Assembly: GCA_002269645.1 (NCBI GenBank)
Contig: NIVC01001943.1
Location: 1-57,297, forward strand
From: Macrostomum lignano
Lineage: Eukaryota
Direction of reading: 5' to 3'
Length of the DNA: 57,297 bases
Below, piece by piece: positions 1 through 10,653 of the stretch. Positions within the stretch are counted from its first letter, which is position 1. The number at the start of each line of letters is the position of its first letter. The position numbers and the translations under genes are program-made. The notes under the pieces are model-generated. The model was not told the DNA's origin. It ran no database searches and saw nothing but the letters and a program-made list of their open reading frames with translations.

Positions 1-464
1 TTACTTCTCCGTAAAACTAAACTAGGTCTGCATAACACGCCAATGAGAAACATCTATAACTATTTACTGCCACACATAACCAGACTCTTGGATTGACGCA
101 ACGGGGACGGGAAGATTAGAAATAGGGATGAAAGTTGAAGCTGAGCAGAAGAACCGATCGAGTGGACGAGGGTGACAGGCAGGATGTATTTCTCTAGGGA
201 TTTAGCTCCCAGGCAATGACTAGCTAGAAGACTAACCGTTTATTTCCCAGCTCTACGCAAAATAGAATGGAAAATTGTAATCGATTTAGCTAGAAGTTTA
301 CAGCAACCGACTATTACATAAAGTATAGTAAATAAAACCTATACTGAACGAGCACTGGAATGAAAACAAGCAAATAAGAACTGCTCAAGTAGGAAGTGTC
401 TTAGAAAATAATTCAATGGCTGAAAAAAAGGCTGAAGAATCGAAGCGTCATACACTACTTTTAT

Positions 465-762
465 ATTACACCTGCCCTAGTGGGCAGATGTGCCACCGAC
501 AGCTCAGCCGCAGCTATTGCGCGGCGCATCTGAAGGCTGCGTACGGCTGTTCAGTCCAAGGACTGGGTGGGAGGTCGCCACACGCCCTCAATTACCCCGA
601 GCTAATGCTGGCACCCATTTTACAGCTGGGTGAACTGAAGCAATGCAGAGGTTATTGTATTGCTCTAGGACACAAATCGTTCCGAGAGGATCGGGAATCG
701 AACCCCTGACCCTAAAGTCATGAGTCCGACGCTCTAACCACTAGGCTACGAGTACAACCCTA
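465..762 (-). mobile_element. tRNA-derived SINE with CORE-like domain, copy 1
   Basis: The minus strand starts with a tRNA-like head containing an A box (TAGCCTAGTGG) and B box (GGTTCGATTCC). It is followed by TGTGTCCTAGAGCAATAC...CTTCAGTTCACCCAGCTGTAAAATGGG, which resembles the CORE domain. A second homologous copy lies at 25955-26259. Confidence 0.8.
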
Positions 763-967
763 GGCTGCTACTGAATTGACACATACTTAAAATTTAATAG
801 AAAAAAAATAAATACAAAAAACTGCAACAGCAAATGGACTCACTTGTTTTATTTGAGCTATCGCTTTTATTTACATTGTTTATGAACTTTGAAAGAGACA
901 ATCGAGAGACTATTACTGGATAATATTAAAATTAGTCGCATTAATTAATCATAATCCAGCACCAGAG

Positions 968-1300
968 CTATCGCTTTTTAAATCCATACTTCTTCCTCTC
1001 GTAGAACAGATCAGTCTTAGCGCTGCCCAGATTTACAATCTTCGGACAGCCGTCGCGATCCTTCTCCAGAATGGTGCACTCGCGGCAATAGTAAGCGTCG
1101 CTAACTCCGGGCCCGCCACAGATGACGCAGCGACCCTGGTAACTACCATAGTTACATTCGTCACAAATTCGAACCAGCGTCGATGGCCGAACATAAGAGT
1201 CGCAGATAACGCATTTACCATCGCATTTGTCGCACAGTCGACCAATGGCCACGCCTGGCTGTTTGCGACAGAAAATCAAATCTGGATGGTGCTTGGCCAT
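968..1300 (-). CDS. PHF5A: PHD finger-like domain-containing protein 5A (SF3b subunit), intronless, 110 aa
   Basis: The translation [39 protein letters not shown]...[11 protein letters not shown] is near-identical to the highly conserved PHF5A/Rds3 protein. The ORF is complete, with AATAAA downstream on the minus strand (about 848-870). Confidence 0.98.
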   Translation of the reverse strand: MAKHHPDLIFCRKQPGVAIGRLCDKCDGKCVICDSYVRPSTLVRICDECNYGSYQGRCVICGGPGVSDAYYCRECTILEKDRDGCPKIVNLGSAKTDLFYERKKYGFKKR

Positions 1301-4300
1301 TGGAGTCCTCTCTATTGGCTTGGTAAACTGAATTGATTGAGCTGAAAAGAATTTTTTGAAACTACTATCAAATTAGACTCTTGTTACAGGTGCAATTACT
1401 AGCTAAGCCATCATGCCATTATAGATTAGCATAAGTGGAAGGCTTGTTAATAAATAATTCGGTGTACTCTCAAACGTGGGCCCCAGTAGGCTAAGTTGTA
1501 GATATAGTTCCTGATAGCCTAGCCAATATCGAGACAACTATTTTAGGCAAGTCATTGAAAAACCCGGTGTCCCTATGTTAGACTGAAATAAATCCTATTT
1601 CAACGCATTTGTCTACTGTTTGTGATGCTACCCTCGTACTTATTTTTATAATATATACAAGATGGACCTGCTATAAAGAGTAATAGCACTGTAATGTTAA
1701 ATAGCCTTGTAAAATTAGTGTATCATACATAGCAGCATACTGCCTTACTAGATTAGCACGAGCCATCCAGTGCTATTAGAGCTGATCCTGAAAGTTCAGC
1801 CATGTAGTATATAGTATGCAGTCCATCAGACTCCACAAGTCGAAGGAGGCTCTTGGAGTTCTCAAAGTTCTCAAAGTCATCCCTTAAGTCAAAATGGTCA
1901 TCACCTGAGGCTTCTATTTTTTAAAGAGCAAATTTACTACGTCACTTGCCTTTAGTGGCTTCCTGCTGCTAGTGCTACAGTGTGGCTACATCAGACACTC
2001 CTGATGATGATCGACCTCTCTAAAAAAGATTCTAGCAATGCAAATATGGCCGGTTTTTTGTGATACTAAAAGTGAGCACTAAGCTAACAAAATGCATATG
2101 GCCACTATAGTGGCAACTTGTGCACTGGGCATCAGTGGGACTAGGTTTATAGAAAATCTGAAATAAGTAGATGAGATGAATCTTCAAATTGTCTGCCATC
2201 CCCCCTTCTAGGTACTAGGGCATCAACTGCATTGCCAATTGCAGCGCAGCCTTACTGGACCCAGTTCTAAATATGCCATAGAACATTGATTAGATAGGAA
2301 AGGCTTCTCATTCTCAAGCTTTTTCTTGCCTTTCACTAAGGATACCTGGGACGTTTCTTGCCATTCTTCAAGGTTTGTTTAGCCCCTATCATACTTTTTA
2401 AAAGCTAAAGCAATTTCAAGTCAATTCTATTGAGGAATGCTTTTCTTGGAGAAAACTTTGGCATTTAAAACAATTGACAACACTATGTGGCACTCTTCTG
2501 AAGTTTAATTTCATATTTTTCTTCATAGTTGATTGATTGGGAAAGTAGTTTTAGTTGAACTTTAAAAAGTTTATTTTAATTAAACTTTTAAAAACAAAAA
2601 ATGTTTTCTACCAACAAAAGGTCAGCACATGGTTAGGTTTTTTTGAAGGTGAAGGGCACTAGCAAGTTGATTTTTCTTGTTTTCTTGCTTTGTTTTTGTT
2701 GTCTTCTAGAGCAGCCTCATATAGCAGCCCTTAAAAAAATTGTAGATAACTTTTTATTTTTTGAAACAAAGAATAAGCACCTTGAAAGCCAAACATAGCA
2801 CTCTGAATAAAGACTAATAGTTAGAGCATTCGCAAACTGCAAATGTAAACCAAAGTAGTCCTTCAGCATGTGATCTCTAACAAAAAGTACAAAACTGTAG
2901 CACAATAATGCTCTATTTTATTTCAGTAAATGGTTTTTAGTTTTGTGATATAGTGACACGATAGACTTTCAGATAGTTTGTGTATACTTGTACTGAAGTG
3001 TTGGCTCACTAGTAGTGACGATTGTTATTGACTAGCTTAGACATTTGTTTGGTATTGTATTCAACCCCATCCCATGCGAGCATGATTGAATCTGTCTGCA
3101 CCCACCACCTCATTGCTAACTAATAAATATTGTCAGCCTAGCTCTCAAGCTAGGCCTTAACTCGCTTTAGGCCTTAACACTTTTTAGGCCTTAACTCGCT
3201 TTAGGGACTATCACATGTTGTTGGTTACAAAAAAGTGTAATGGTGTGACCATTAGAGCCTGCCTATTGCCTGAATTTCAAACACTTCTTAATGGAGACCC
3301 TAAACTTCTATAGGTATAGCTGTCAATCTATATCTTTAATTAACCATAGTGTCTTTTTCCAGTATCCTGCTTGCTAGCATTTTGGCTACCATTCATTTGT
3401 AAAAGTTTAAACATCCCTTATCAGGTCTCCATGCTGGAAGCACGAAGGTGGCCATGATAGATGTAATGTGCAAGGAAGTGCAAGCTGCAGCAAGAATAGC
3501 CTATAATAAGCATAGCTAAATTTTCTCAGATTCTAGTTCTGGATAGAATCAATGTGAAACTTGTCTTGCAATATCAGCTACATTTTCATTTCAAATTTTG
3601 CATCATAAATCAGTGGATATTGGTTAATTGGGCAACTGCAAAGTCAAGTCATTTTTTGTTTTAGACAATTTGGGCCATTATTTTGAATTTGCTATTTCTT
3701 GGCAATCTATTTTATTTAGTTTTTTTCATGTCTTTAATCCTAACTTTCAGTTAAAGTCAGAATGGGAGCAAAAATCAATTACCCCAATCTAAAAGGAACC
3801 TTCTATTTATTACATTGCCAATCTAGCACAACCAAAAAGAGCAGTGCTCCGGAATGCCTAATTATCTTGCCACACCATTGAGTTTGTATTATCTGTCATA
3901 GACATTCTAAGTGACAAAGAGCAAATAAATGATGCTGTTAGAATGGCCAACAATATTAGAGGAATGGTCAGCCATGCTGGAGTGGTTGGCAATGCTAGAG
4001 CAGCTGGCAGTGCTAAGGGGTCAGTGGTTCTAGAGCGGATGGCAATGCTGGAGTGGTGATGTCATCATGCGCAATAGTACCATTATGCACAGTGACAAAA
4101 ATGGTAATGGCACCTTTGTAACAAGAGCTGTTTTTTTACTATTCAAGACCTACATCATGCAAGAGCTATTTCTTTGAAGACAGGGTACTAATAGTTATTG
4201 TGAGTTAAAATTTCTCATTTTATAAAGACTAATTTGACTGTAAATGCTATTTAAATATTTTTGAGCTAAATAACATATCATTGCACTAAAAGTAATTTTT

Positions 4301-4629
4301 TAAACCAAAAATAATTATCTAACATTAGGTCTTAACTGACTATATCCACAATGTATAATGTAATCAACAATAATTTATTACTTATTATGCAGAATTATGC
4401 AAAAATACAAAATGACACAATGAAAACAATGATTCCAGATGTGGGTGGAAGAGAATAAGAGAGTGCAAGTGTAATGGAGAGGATGGAAGAGTGGATAAAG
4501 ATAGAAGATAGTTGGGAGAGGGTGGAAGCTTGTAGATAATTTGGGAAAATACAAAAGAAAATGGGAGGCGATAGGGAAGGCTGGATAGATGGGACTTGAG
4601 CAGAGTGGAAGGTGCTTTATATTAAAAAA

Positions 4630-5160
4630 GCAAATAGGTAAAATTGTTATAATAGGGCACTAAAGGGTAAAAGAAGGGAGAAAGGGCAGGAAGGCTAGGG
4701 AGGAGGTGGAAAAGAGGGCAAAAAGGCAAGGGAGGGACAGAAAAATATGGGAGAGGGCAGAAAGGCTTAGGAAGAAGCAGAAGAGAGGGCAGAATGGCAG
4801 AAAGGGGTTGAAAGATGTGGGAGGACAGAAAGATAAAGGAGGAGGCAGAAGGGTAGAAAAGGGCAGAAAGGAAGGGAAGAGATGGAAGAGAGGGTAAAAG
4901 GAAAGGTAGAATGCAGGAAAATGGCATAAAGGCAGGGGGGCAAAAGGATATAAAAGAGAGTAGAAAGGCAGGGAAAGATGTGGAAAGGAAGGTAGAAAGG
5001 TAGGGAGGGAAGCGGGAGGGCAGAAAGGCATAGAAGGGGTGGAAAGATATAAGGGCAGAAAGGCAAGAGAAAAGGCAAAAGGGTATGGGAGAGGGCAAAA
5101 AGGCAAGGAAGGGGGCAATAAAGTGTGGGAAAAGGTAATAAAGCAGAGATGGCTTTAGCC
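4630..5160. repeat. Purine-rich (GA-rich) low-complexity tract
   Basis: The plus strand is almost entirely A/G with degenerate GGGCAGAAAGG units. The overlapping Pro/Leu/Phe-rich ORFs are compositional artefacts. Confidence 0.85.
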
Positions 5161-5399
5161 ATAGACTAATTGATAGTTGCTCTTTCTAGTATAAAATGAA
5201 TTTTCATGATATACATGAATAGAAATGAGCAGTGAGCACAGTCCTATATTTTGCCAGACACCCCTCGTAGAAGTAAATTTTTTTACCATGCAGGGTGAAT
5301 AAAAAGTGCTAAAGTGCTAGTTTAAAGTGCTAGCTCCAGACCCATCAGCGTGCTGACTCTACCATCGCGATGATGATCAACTTAATTGAAAGTTGACAA

Positions 5400-6540
5400 C
5401 CAAAACCACTGCTGAGACAGCGCTTAAACCTATCAAGAGACGAGTAAAACCTATTAACGTTCTATGAACAATTGGAAGTCCGAGACGATGGACTTTTAGT
5501 CATCCATCTCGATGATATTGGTGAGAAGGACAAAGTGAGGATCGTCCTGCCGAAGAGTCTCGATGCCACTGTGTTTGCCGACCTTCATGGTTTGCCCTAC
5601 TGCGGACACATGGGCCGAGATCTCACCATCACGAAGGTGCGTGAAAGATTCTGGCGACTGGCCCTGGCCAAGGCCGTGTCCGACTACATTGCTTCCTGCC
5701 AGACCTGCACCCAGAGCAAAGGACAGAGATGAATTCCGGCACATGTACAATCATTTCTAGTCTGTGAAATCTATGGGCGATGCGCAATCAACATCATGGG
5801 CCCCACTGGAGACCTGACAGACCGCGAAAATAAGTACATTCTCACCTACGTCGATACTACGTCAAAGTACCCTTTTGCCTTTGCCATGAAAAATCAGCGC
5901 ACCAAGACAATCATAACTCTCCTGCAGGAACAAGTTTTTCTGATCACTGGAATTCTGGAATGGATTCACTCCAATCAAGGAAAACAGTTCACAGGGCACG
6001 AGTTCCATCATTTCTGCGAAGTTTATGGCATTTGACAAACAACGACGCTGTCATACTTGCCCTGGGCCAATGGACAAGCTGAATTGTGCCACAAAAATAT
6101 CAAGAAGGTGCTCACTTGTCTCTTAGAAGACCATCAGCAATGGGACAAGATGCTGCCAGCCGCTTTGACCACCCTGCGATCCGCTGTTAACTGTACAACG
6201 GGCTTCTTGCCGCATTACATTGTCTACGGAGTGCCCTATTGGTACCCCATCGATAACACCTTAGACCGCCTGGACGTATCGCCGGACCTCCCCGAGTGCA
6301 TTGCGAAGCATCAGCGCAGACTGGCTGAGACTGAGCGAATTGTGTGACAGCGATTACGAGCTGAGATCCAGCGCCACAAAGAGTATTACGAGAACCAACC
6401 CAAGCCCATGGAACTGCAGCCCAGAGACTTGGTCTGCCTGGCCAACCCAAAGCTTGAGTTGGGCGAGCTGCCAAAGTTTCACCGGGCGTACAAGAGCATG
6501 TACAAGGTCAAAAGAAAAGTTGGCAAAGTAGCCTATTGTT
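5400..6540 (+). pseudogene. Ty3/Gypsy LTR-retrotransposon integrase remnant
   Basis: Zinc-binding H2C2 motif (LHG..YCGHMG...RFW...CQTC), then the rve core (YILTYVDTTSKY; IHSNQGKQF; PWANGQAE) and a C-terminal part (PKFHRAYKSMYKV). It is split by stops and frameshifts across ORFs 5472, 5796, 6057 and 6301. Confidence 0.9.
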
Positions 6541-6704
6541 GCGCCAAGTTGCTAACTTTCAATGCACATTACTAATAGTAGTTGACCTTGTGAATGCGTT
6601 TTAATTATGTATTTGCTGTAAGCTTTCTCTGCACCCGCTCTGTGAAATTATAATTCTAAAGCAGAATTTTAATTTTGCAGTTCAATTTGCTGTAATTTCC
6701 CATT

Positions 6705-7315
6705 TCATTTTTCCTTATGCTTCAGGGTTAAAAGCAATCAATTGTGTATTTTCCTTATGCTTTAGGGTTAAAAGCAATCAATTGTGTATTTTCCTTATGC
6801 TTGAGGGTCAAAAGCAATCAATTTTGTACTTCTCCTTATGCTTTCAGGATAAAAGCAGGCATCAATTGTAACTTTCTGCCCAATCCATTTTGTACTTTTC
6901 CTTATGCTTCAGGGTTAAAAGCAATCAATTGTGTATTTTCCTTATGCTTGAGGGTCAAAAGCAATCAATTTTGTACTTTTCCTTATGCTTCAGGGTTAAA
7001 AGCAATCAATTGTGTATTTTCCTTATGCTTGAGGCTCAAAAGCAATCAATTTTGTACTTCTCCTTATGCTTTCAGGATAAAAGCAGGCGTCAATTGTAAC
7101 TTTCCGCTCAATCAATTTTGTACTTTTCCTTATGCTTCAGGGTTAAAAGCAATCAATTGTGTATTTTCCTTATGCTTGAGGGTCAAAAGCAATCAATTTT
7201 ATACTTTTCCTTATGCTTCAGGGTTAAAAGCAATCAATTGTGTATTTTCCTTATGCTTGAGGGTCAAAAGCGATCAATTTTATACTTTTCCTTATGCTTC
7301 AGGGTTAAAAGCAGC
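6705..7315. repeat. 40/41-bp tandem repeat with higher-order structure
   Basis: Units TTTTCCTTATGCTTCAGGGTTAAAAGCAATCAATTGTGTA (A), ...GAGGGTCAAAAGC... (B) and a longer variant C, about 14-15 units in all. The B-C-A-B-A block of about 228 bp occurs twice. Confidence 0.92.
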
Positions 7316-8217
7316 TGTCATTCTCAGCCATTCCCTATGCTTTTCGGCTAAATGCAATGTATTTGAACTGTCCAACTCTTTTGTACAGTGTGCAATTAGC
7401 TAGTTATCCAACGCAATACTTTAAACCAGCACTCTGCGCTTATCATTTATCCTTATGCTTTCTGGCAAAAGCATGCACTCATGCAACAATATTTTTCCGA
7501 AGCGTCAATATTTCATCATTGCGATATAGTAAATCTTGCTTATTTGCGTAGCCCATTTCATGTGAGTTTTCCTTGCACATAATCAAAGTGCGGAAAATAT
7601 CCCCGCTTTTCCTTATGCTTTCCAGAGAAAAGCAACTAACTTTGTAAGCCTTCCAGTTCAATTTACTGAAGATATCTCTTTCCAGTTTGCGAGCCCGCTA
7701 TCTAAGGGCCCAAACTGTCCGGTGCCCCGCTCAGGTCAAGCCGCCCCGGATCTAGGCCTTGCCCTCAGCGGAAAGCATTCAAGGACTCGACCCCCCCCCC
7801 TTTTTTTCTTTGTTCTGATTTTGGCTCGAGCCTAGGAATTTGTGAGGGCCGCCAGTTTGGCTCATCTTCCTAGTGCCATTTGCCAGCCCTGTGCTTTGTA
7901 ACTCCTTATAGAAGCCCCTGCGTATTTGATATATATGCTAACTTACTATTATTACAATTATTCTATTTTAACCTTCTGTTTATGCAATTATAGTTTCTTA
8001 ACTGCCAACCTGTTCAATGTGAGCCATTTAGGGCGTCCTATCTGATTCATTTTGGCCCTGGACCCCCCCCCCTGCCGTGCAGTTGTCTGTTTATTGCCTC
8101 TTGATTTCATGCGCCCACCCCATCTCTGTGCGCACCAGCCATAGAGTGCATGAGGGGTGCTAGCCAGCTCCTACGGTTGAGCCGCCCCTTCTTTCAACTG
8201 TTGGTCGGGTGTTGGAC

Positions 8218-8225
8218 TATATAAA
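8218..8225 (+). promoter_or_regulatory. Candidate TATA box upstream of orphan ORF
   Basis: TATATAAA lies about 110 bp upstream of ATG 8332. Confidence 0.3.
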
Positions 8226-8331
8226 GCCTCACTCTTGCCCCGATTTTTTCTCTAAATCATTTTCCATTTGCGCTATTTTTATCGCTCGCGATCAATTCAA
8301 TTGCATTTTCAATCATCTCCATTCTACTACG

Positions 8332-9012
8332 ATGGCATGCAACTTTATGTCAGAAGGGGCTGCCCCATCCACAGGCGCGCGCGACTTGACCCCCAACTTG
8401 GCAGCCGCCATGGCCCGAGCCCCTTGGCTCCGTCCTAACGAAATCCTGTCTCTCCGCGCAGTCACCGCAACAGCCACCGGCACCACCCCAGCGCAAGTCT
8501 GGCTACGACACGCGCTTGACGAGGCCTATTACCAGGCAATGCAAAAGGGGCGCATACAGCTCGACACCCCCTGGCAGATTTATTGCAATCTGATGCCGCC
8601 AGAATCGACATGGGACATCTTAGAGAGCCTGCTCGGCTGTGCTGAAGGCTATTTACGGCAGTGGCCCGGGCAACAGAGGCCAGCACTGGCTCTGCTGCTG
8701 GCCCTAGCTTATCTGGAAGCTGGCCACCTTCAGGATGGCTGGCAACCTAGGCTCTGCACCTTCTGGGACACTGCCATAGAGAAAGTACCTGAGTGGCTTC
8801 ACTTTGCTGACGGCCAACTCCAGGTGCACGGATGGCCACCAGCCAAGGGTTCCGCCGATGCAGCGGATCAGCCACCTGAAGCTGCCCGGCCCCGCGCCAG
8901 CGCCCCAATGGTGACAGCGACCGCGGTGACTGGCCTGCAAACCAAGGTGGTCGAGCCCCTGCCAGCTGTGGCTGTTACTGAAATGAAAGCACTAGGTTTT
9001 GCAAATTTTTAA
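8332..9012 (+). CDS. Hypothetical 226-aa protein (possibly retroelement gag-like or accessory)
   Basis: Uninterrupted GC-rich ORF from ATG 8332 with non-repetitive, helical-looking composition, set in AT-rich flanks. No recognisable motif. Confidence 0.45.
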   Translation: MACNFMSEGAAPSTGARDLTPNLAAAMARAPWLRPNEILSLRAVTATATGTTPAQVWLRHALDEAYYQAMQKGRIQLDTPWQIYCNLMPPESTWDILESLLGCAEGYLRQWPGQQRPALALLLALAYLEAGHLQDGWQPRLCTFWDTAIEKVPEWLHFADGQLQVHGWPPAKGSADAADQPPEAARPRASAPMVTATAVTGLQTKVVEPLPAVAVTEMKALGFANF

Positions 9013-9919
9013 CTTTTGTAGGGCATCCCTACGCATGTGGCAGTCGGGTTGCCACTTTGGAATAGGAGTTTGTTTAATATTCTCTTTTTAATTTACTAAG
9101 TTTTGGAAATTAATTATGTGCCCCAACTCCTGGAATTTCGCGTAATTCTTGTCAATGGTGGTTATTTTGTCATTTTGTTCATAGGTTGTCCACTCGTCCC
9201 AATTTTTGTTCCTTCCATTTGTCCCACCTTTGAAGCAATGTTTCCCCACTCTTGTCTTGTTATTTTTCTGGTTTATTTCTGTGTTGTCTGCCTCTGCCCA
9301 ACCTTGTGCCCACTCCTTTGCCCAACCCACTACCCAGCTGCCTGTCTAAGTTTCGCCCCTGTTGTTGATTTTTTTCACTATCTATTTATTTGCATGTTTC
9401 AAGCGCTGCAGCTAAGACTTTTTCTCCTGTCTACCCCTTAGTAATATATTTCAATAAGCCTTAAGTAAGTAACCTTATAAGGCGTACAAGCCACATTTGA
9501 ATCTCTTAGTGCACCGCGGCTCTGCTCGAGGAATTATTTCTGTTGTACCTAGATAACTTTTACCTGCCTGTTAAACTATAATCTTCTAATATTCAGTTAA
9601 TAAATATTAATAATAATAACGATTGATAACACTATTTTATAACTACTTCATTAAGCCCATAGCCTATCTTGAGTTATTTGCCCACAGGGCTGAAAACAAA
9701 CCAAGCTCTTATCTCAAAGAAGCTCTGAGACATAATTGTTCTGTAATATGAGAATTACAGTGGTGGTAGCTCTACCCTACTAAAAGTAATCTGTGCGACA
9801 AATTGACCAACCAGCCTACGTGACAAAATCTTTGACGTCTACCATTTAAACAACTGCGCCGCTAACGACCGCTCCGCTACGATTGCAACTACCCTCCCCC
9901 AGAATTTGAAGACCCTGGC

Positions 9920-9935
9920 TAGGGGGTCCAGTGAG
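9920..9935 (+). repeat. Left terminal inverted repeat
   Basis: TAGGGGGTCCAGTGAG is the exact reverse complement of 15939-15954. Confidence 0.93.
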
Positions 9936-10653
9936 AAAATTTTTTTTCTGAATTCTTAACTTTTAACTATGCCATTTTGTAGATCTGGATGTTCTGATTG
10001 AAATGACACCAAGGTTTTGAAAATCGGTTCAATAATAAAAAAGTTATTGAGGTTTTTCTTCTGAAAAAATGCATCTTTTTTTGTATCTCAAATACACTAG
10101 AAACTGTGCTGTTTTTGGAGGAAAAATCATGTTTTGCTGGAATTAATGCACTTTAGTGAAGATTGGCAAAAATTTGTTAAATACTATTTTTCCTGGGATA
10201 TATTACTTTTACTTATTTAGGGTATATCTCCATAATTCCTAAACCAATCTTATTGTTTTTGGTGTCATTTTGTAGCTCTTTGTTGCCACTTGTGGATCTT
10301 ATATTTTTCTAGGCACATATGCTGCTAGGGTGTATGGAATTCAATGGAAATGGGAGAAAATAAGTAAATAACTAATTATCCCAGGCCCAGGCCCAGGGTA
10401 TAGTCTTTTTTTTTAGTATAGCCAATATAGGTATATCTCCAATTACCTTATCATATTGATTATTGTCCTTCAAATGGTTTCAAATGGCTTTTTTGTCATT
10501 AGCAGTATTAGTAGAATGAATTAGTAACTTTTACTAAAATGACAGAAAGTCACAACATATCCCCATTTGGCCATTTCCATGACCATGCCCATGGCATGGG
10601 CCATGGCCATGACACTACATGACATTTCAGCCTTTGCATAGCTTTTGGTCATC

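Noticed and set aside
416-709. 97-aa ORF
   Set aside because: It reads antisense through the SINE and has no protein features.
688-750. Functional tRNA genes at the SINE heads (also about 26190-26250)
   Set aside because: The anticodon region differs between the two copies, the acceptor stem is incomplete, and both run straight into a shared SINE body.
6705-7315. Regular repeats of about 40 bp as a CRISPR array
   Set aside because: The units abut with no unique spacers, there are no cas genes, and the context is eukaryotic. The same holds for all other arrays in the window.
10570-10620. CCATGG/CATG palindrome cluster before the transposase start as a structured RNA
   Set aside because: Short and low-complexity, with no known RNA motif. 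It cannot be distinguished from chance micro-duplication.
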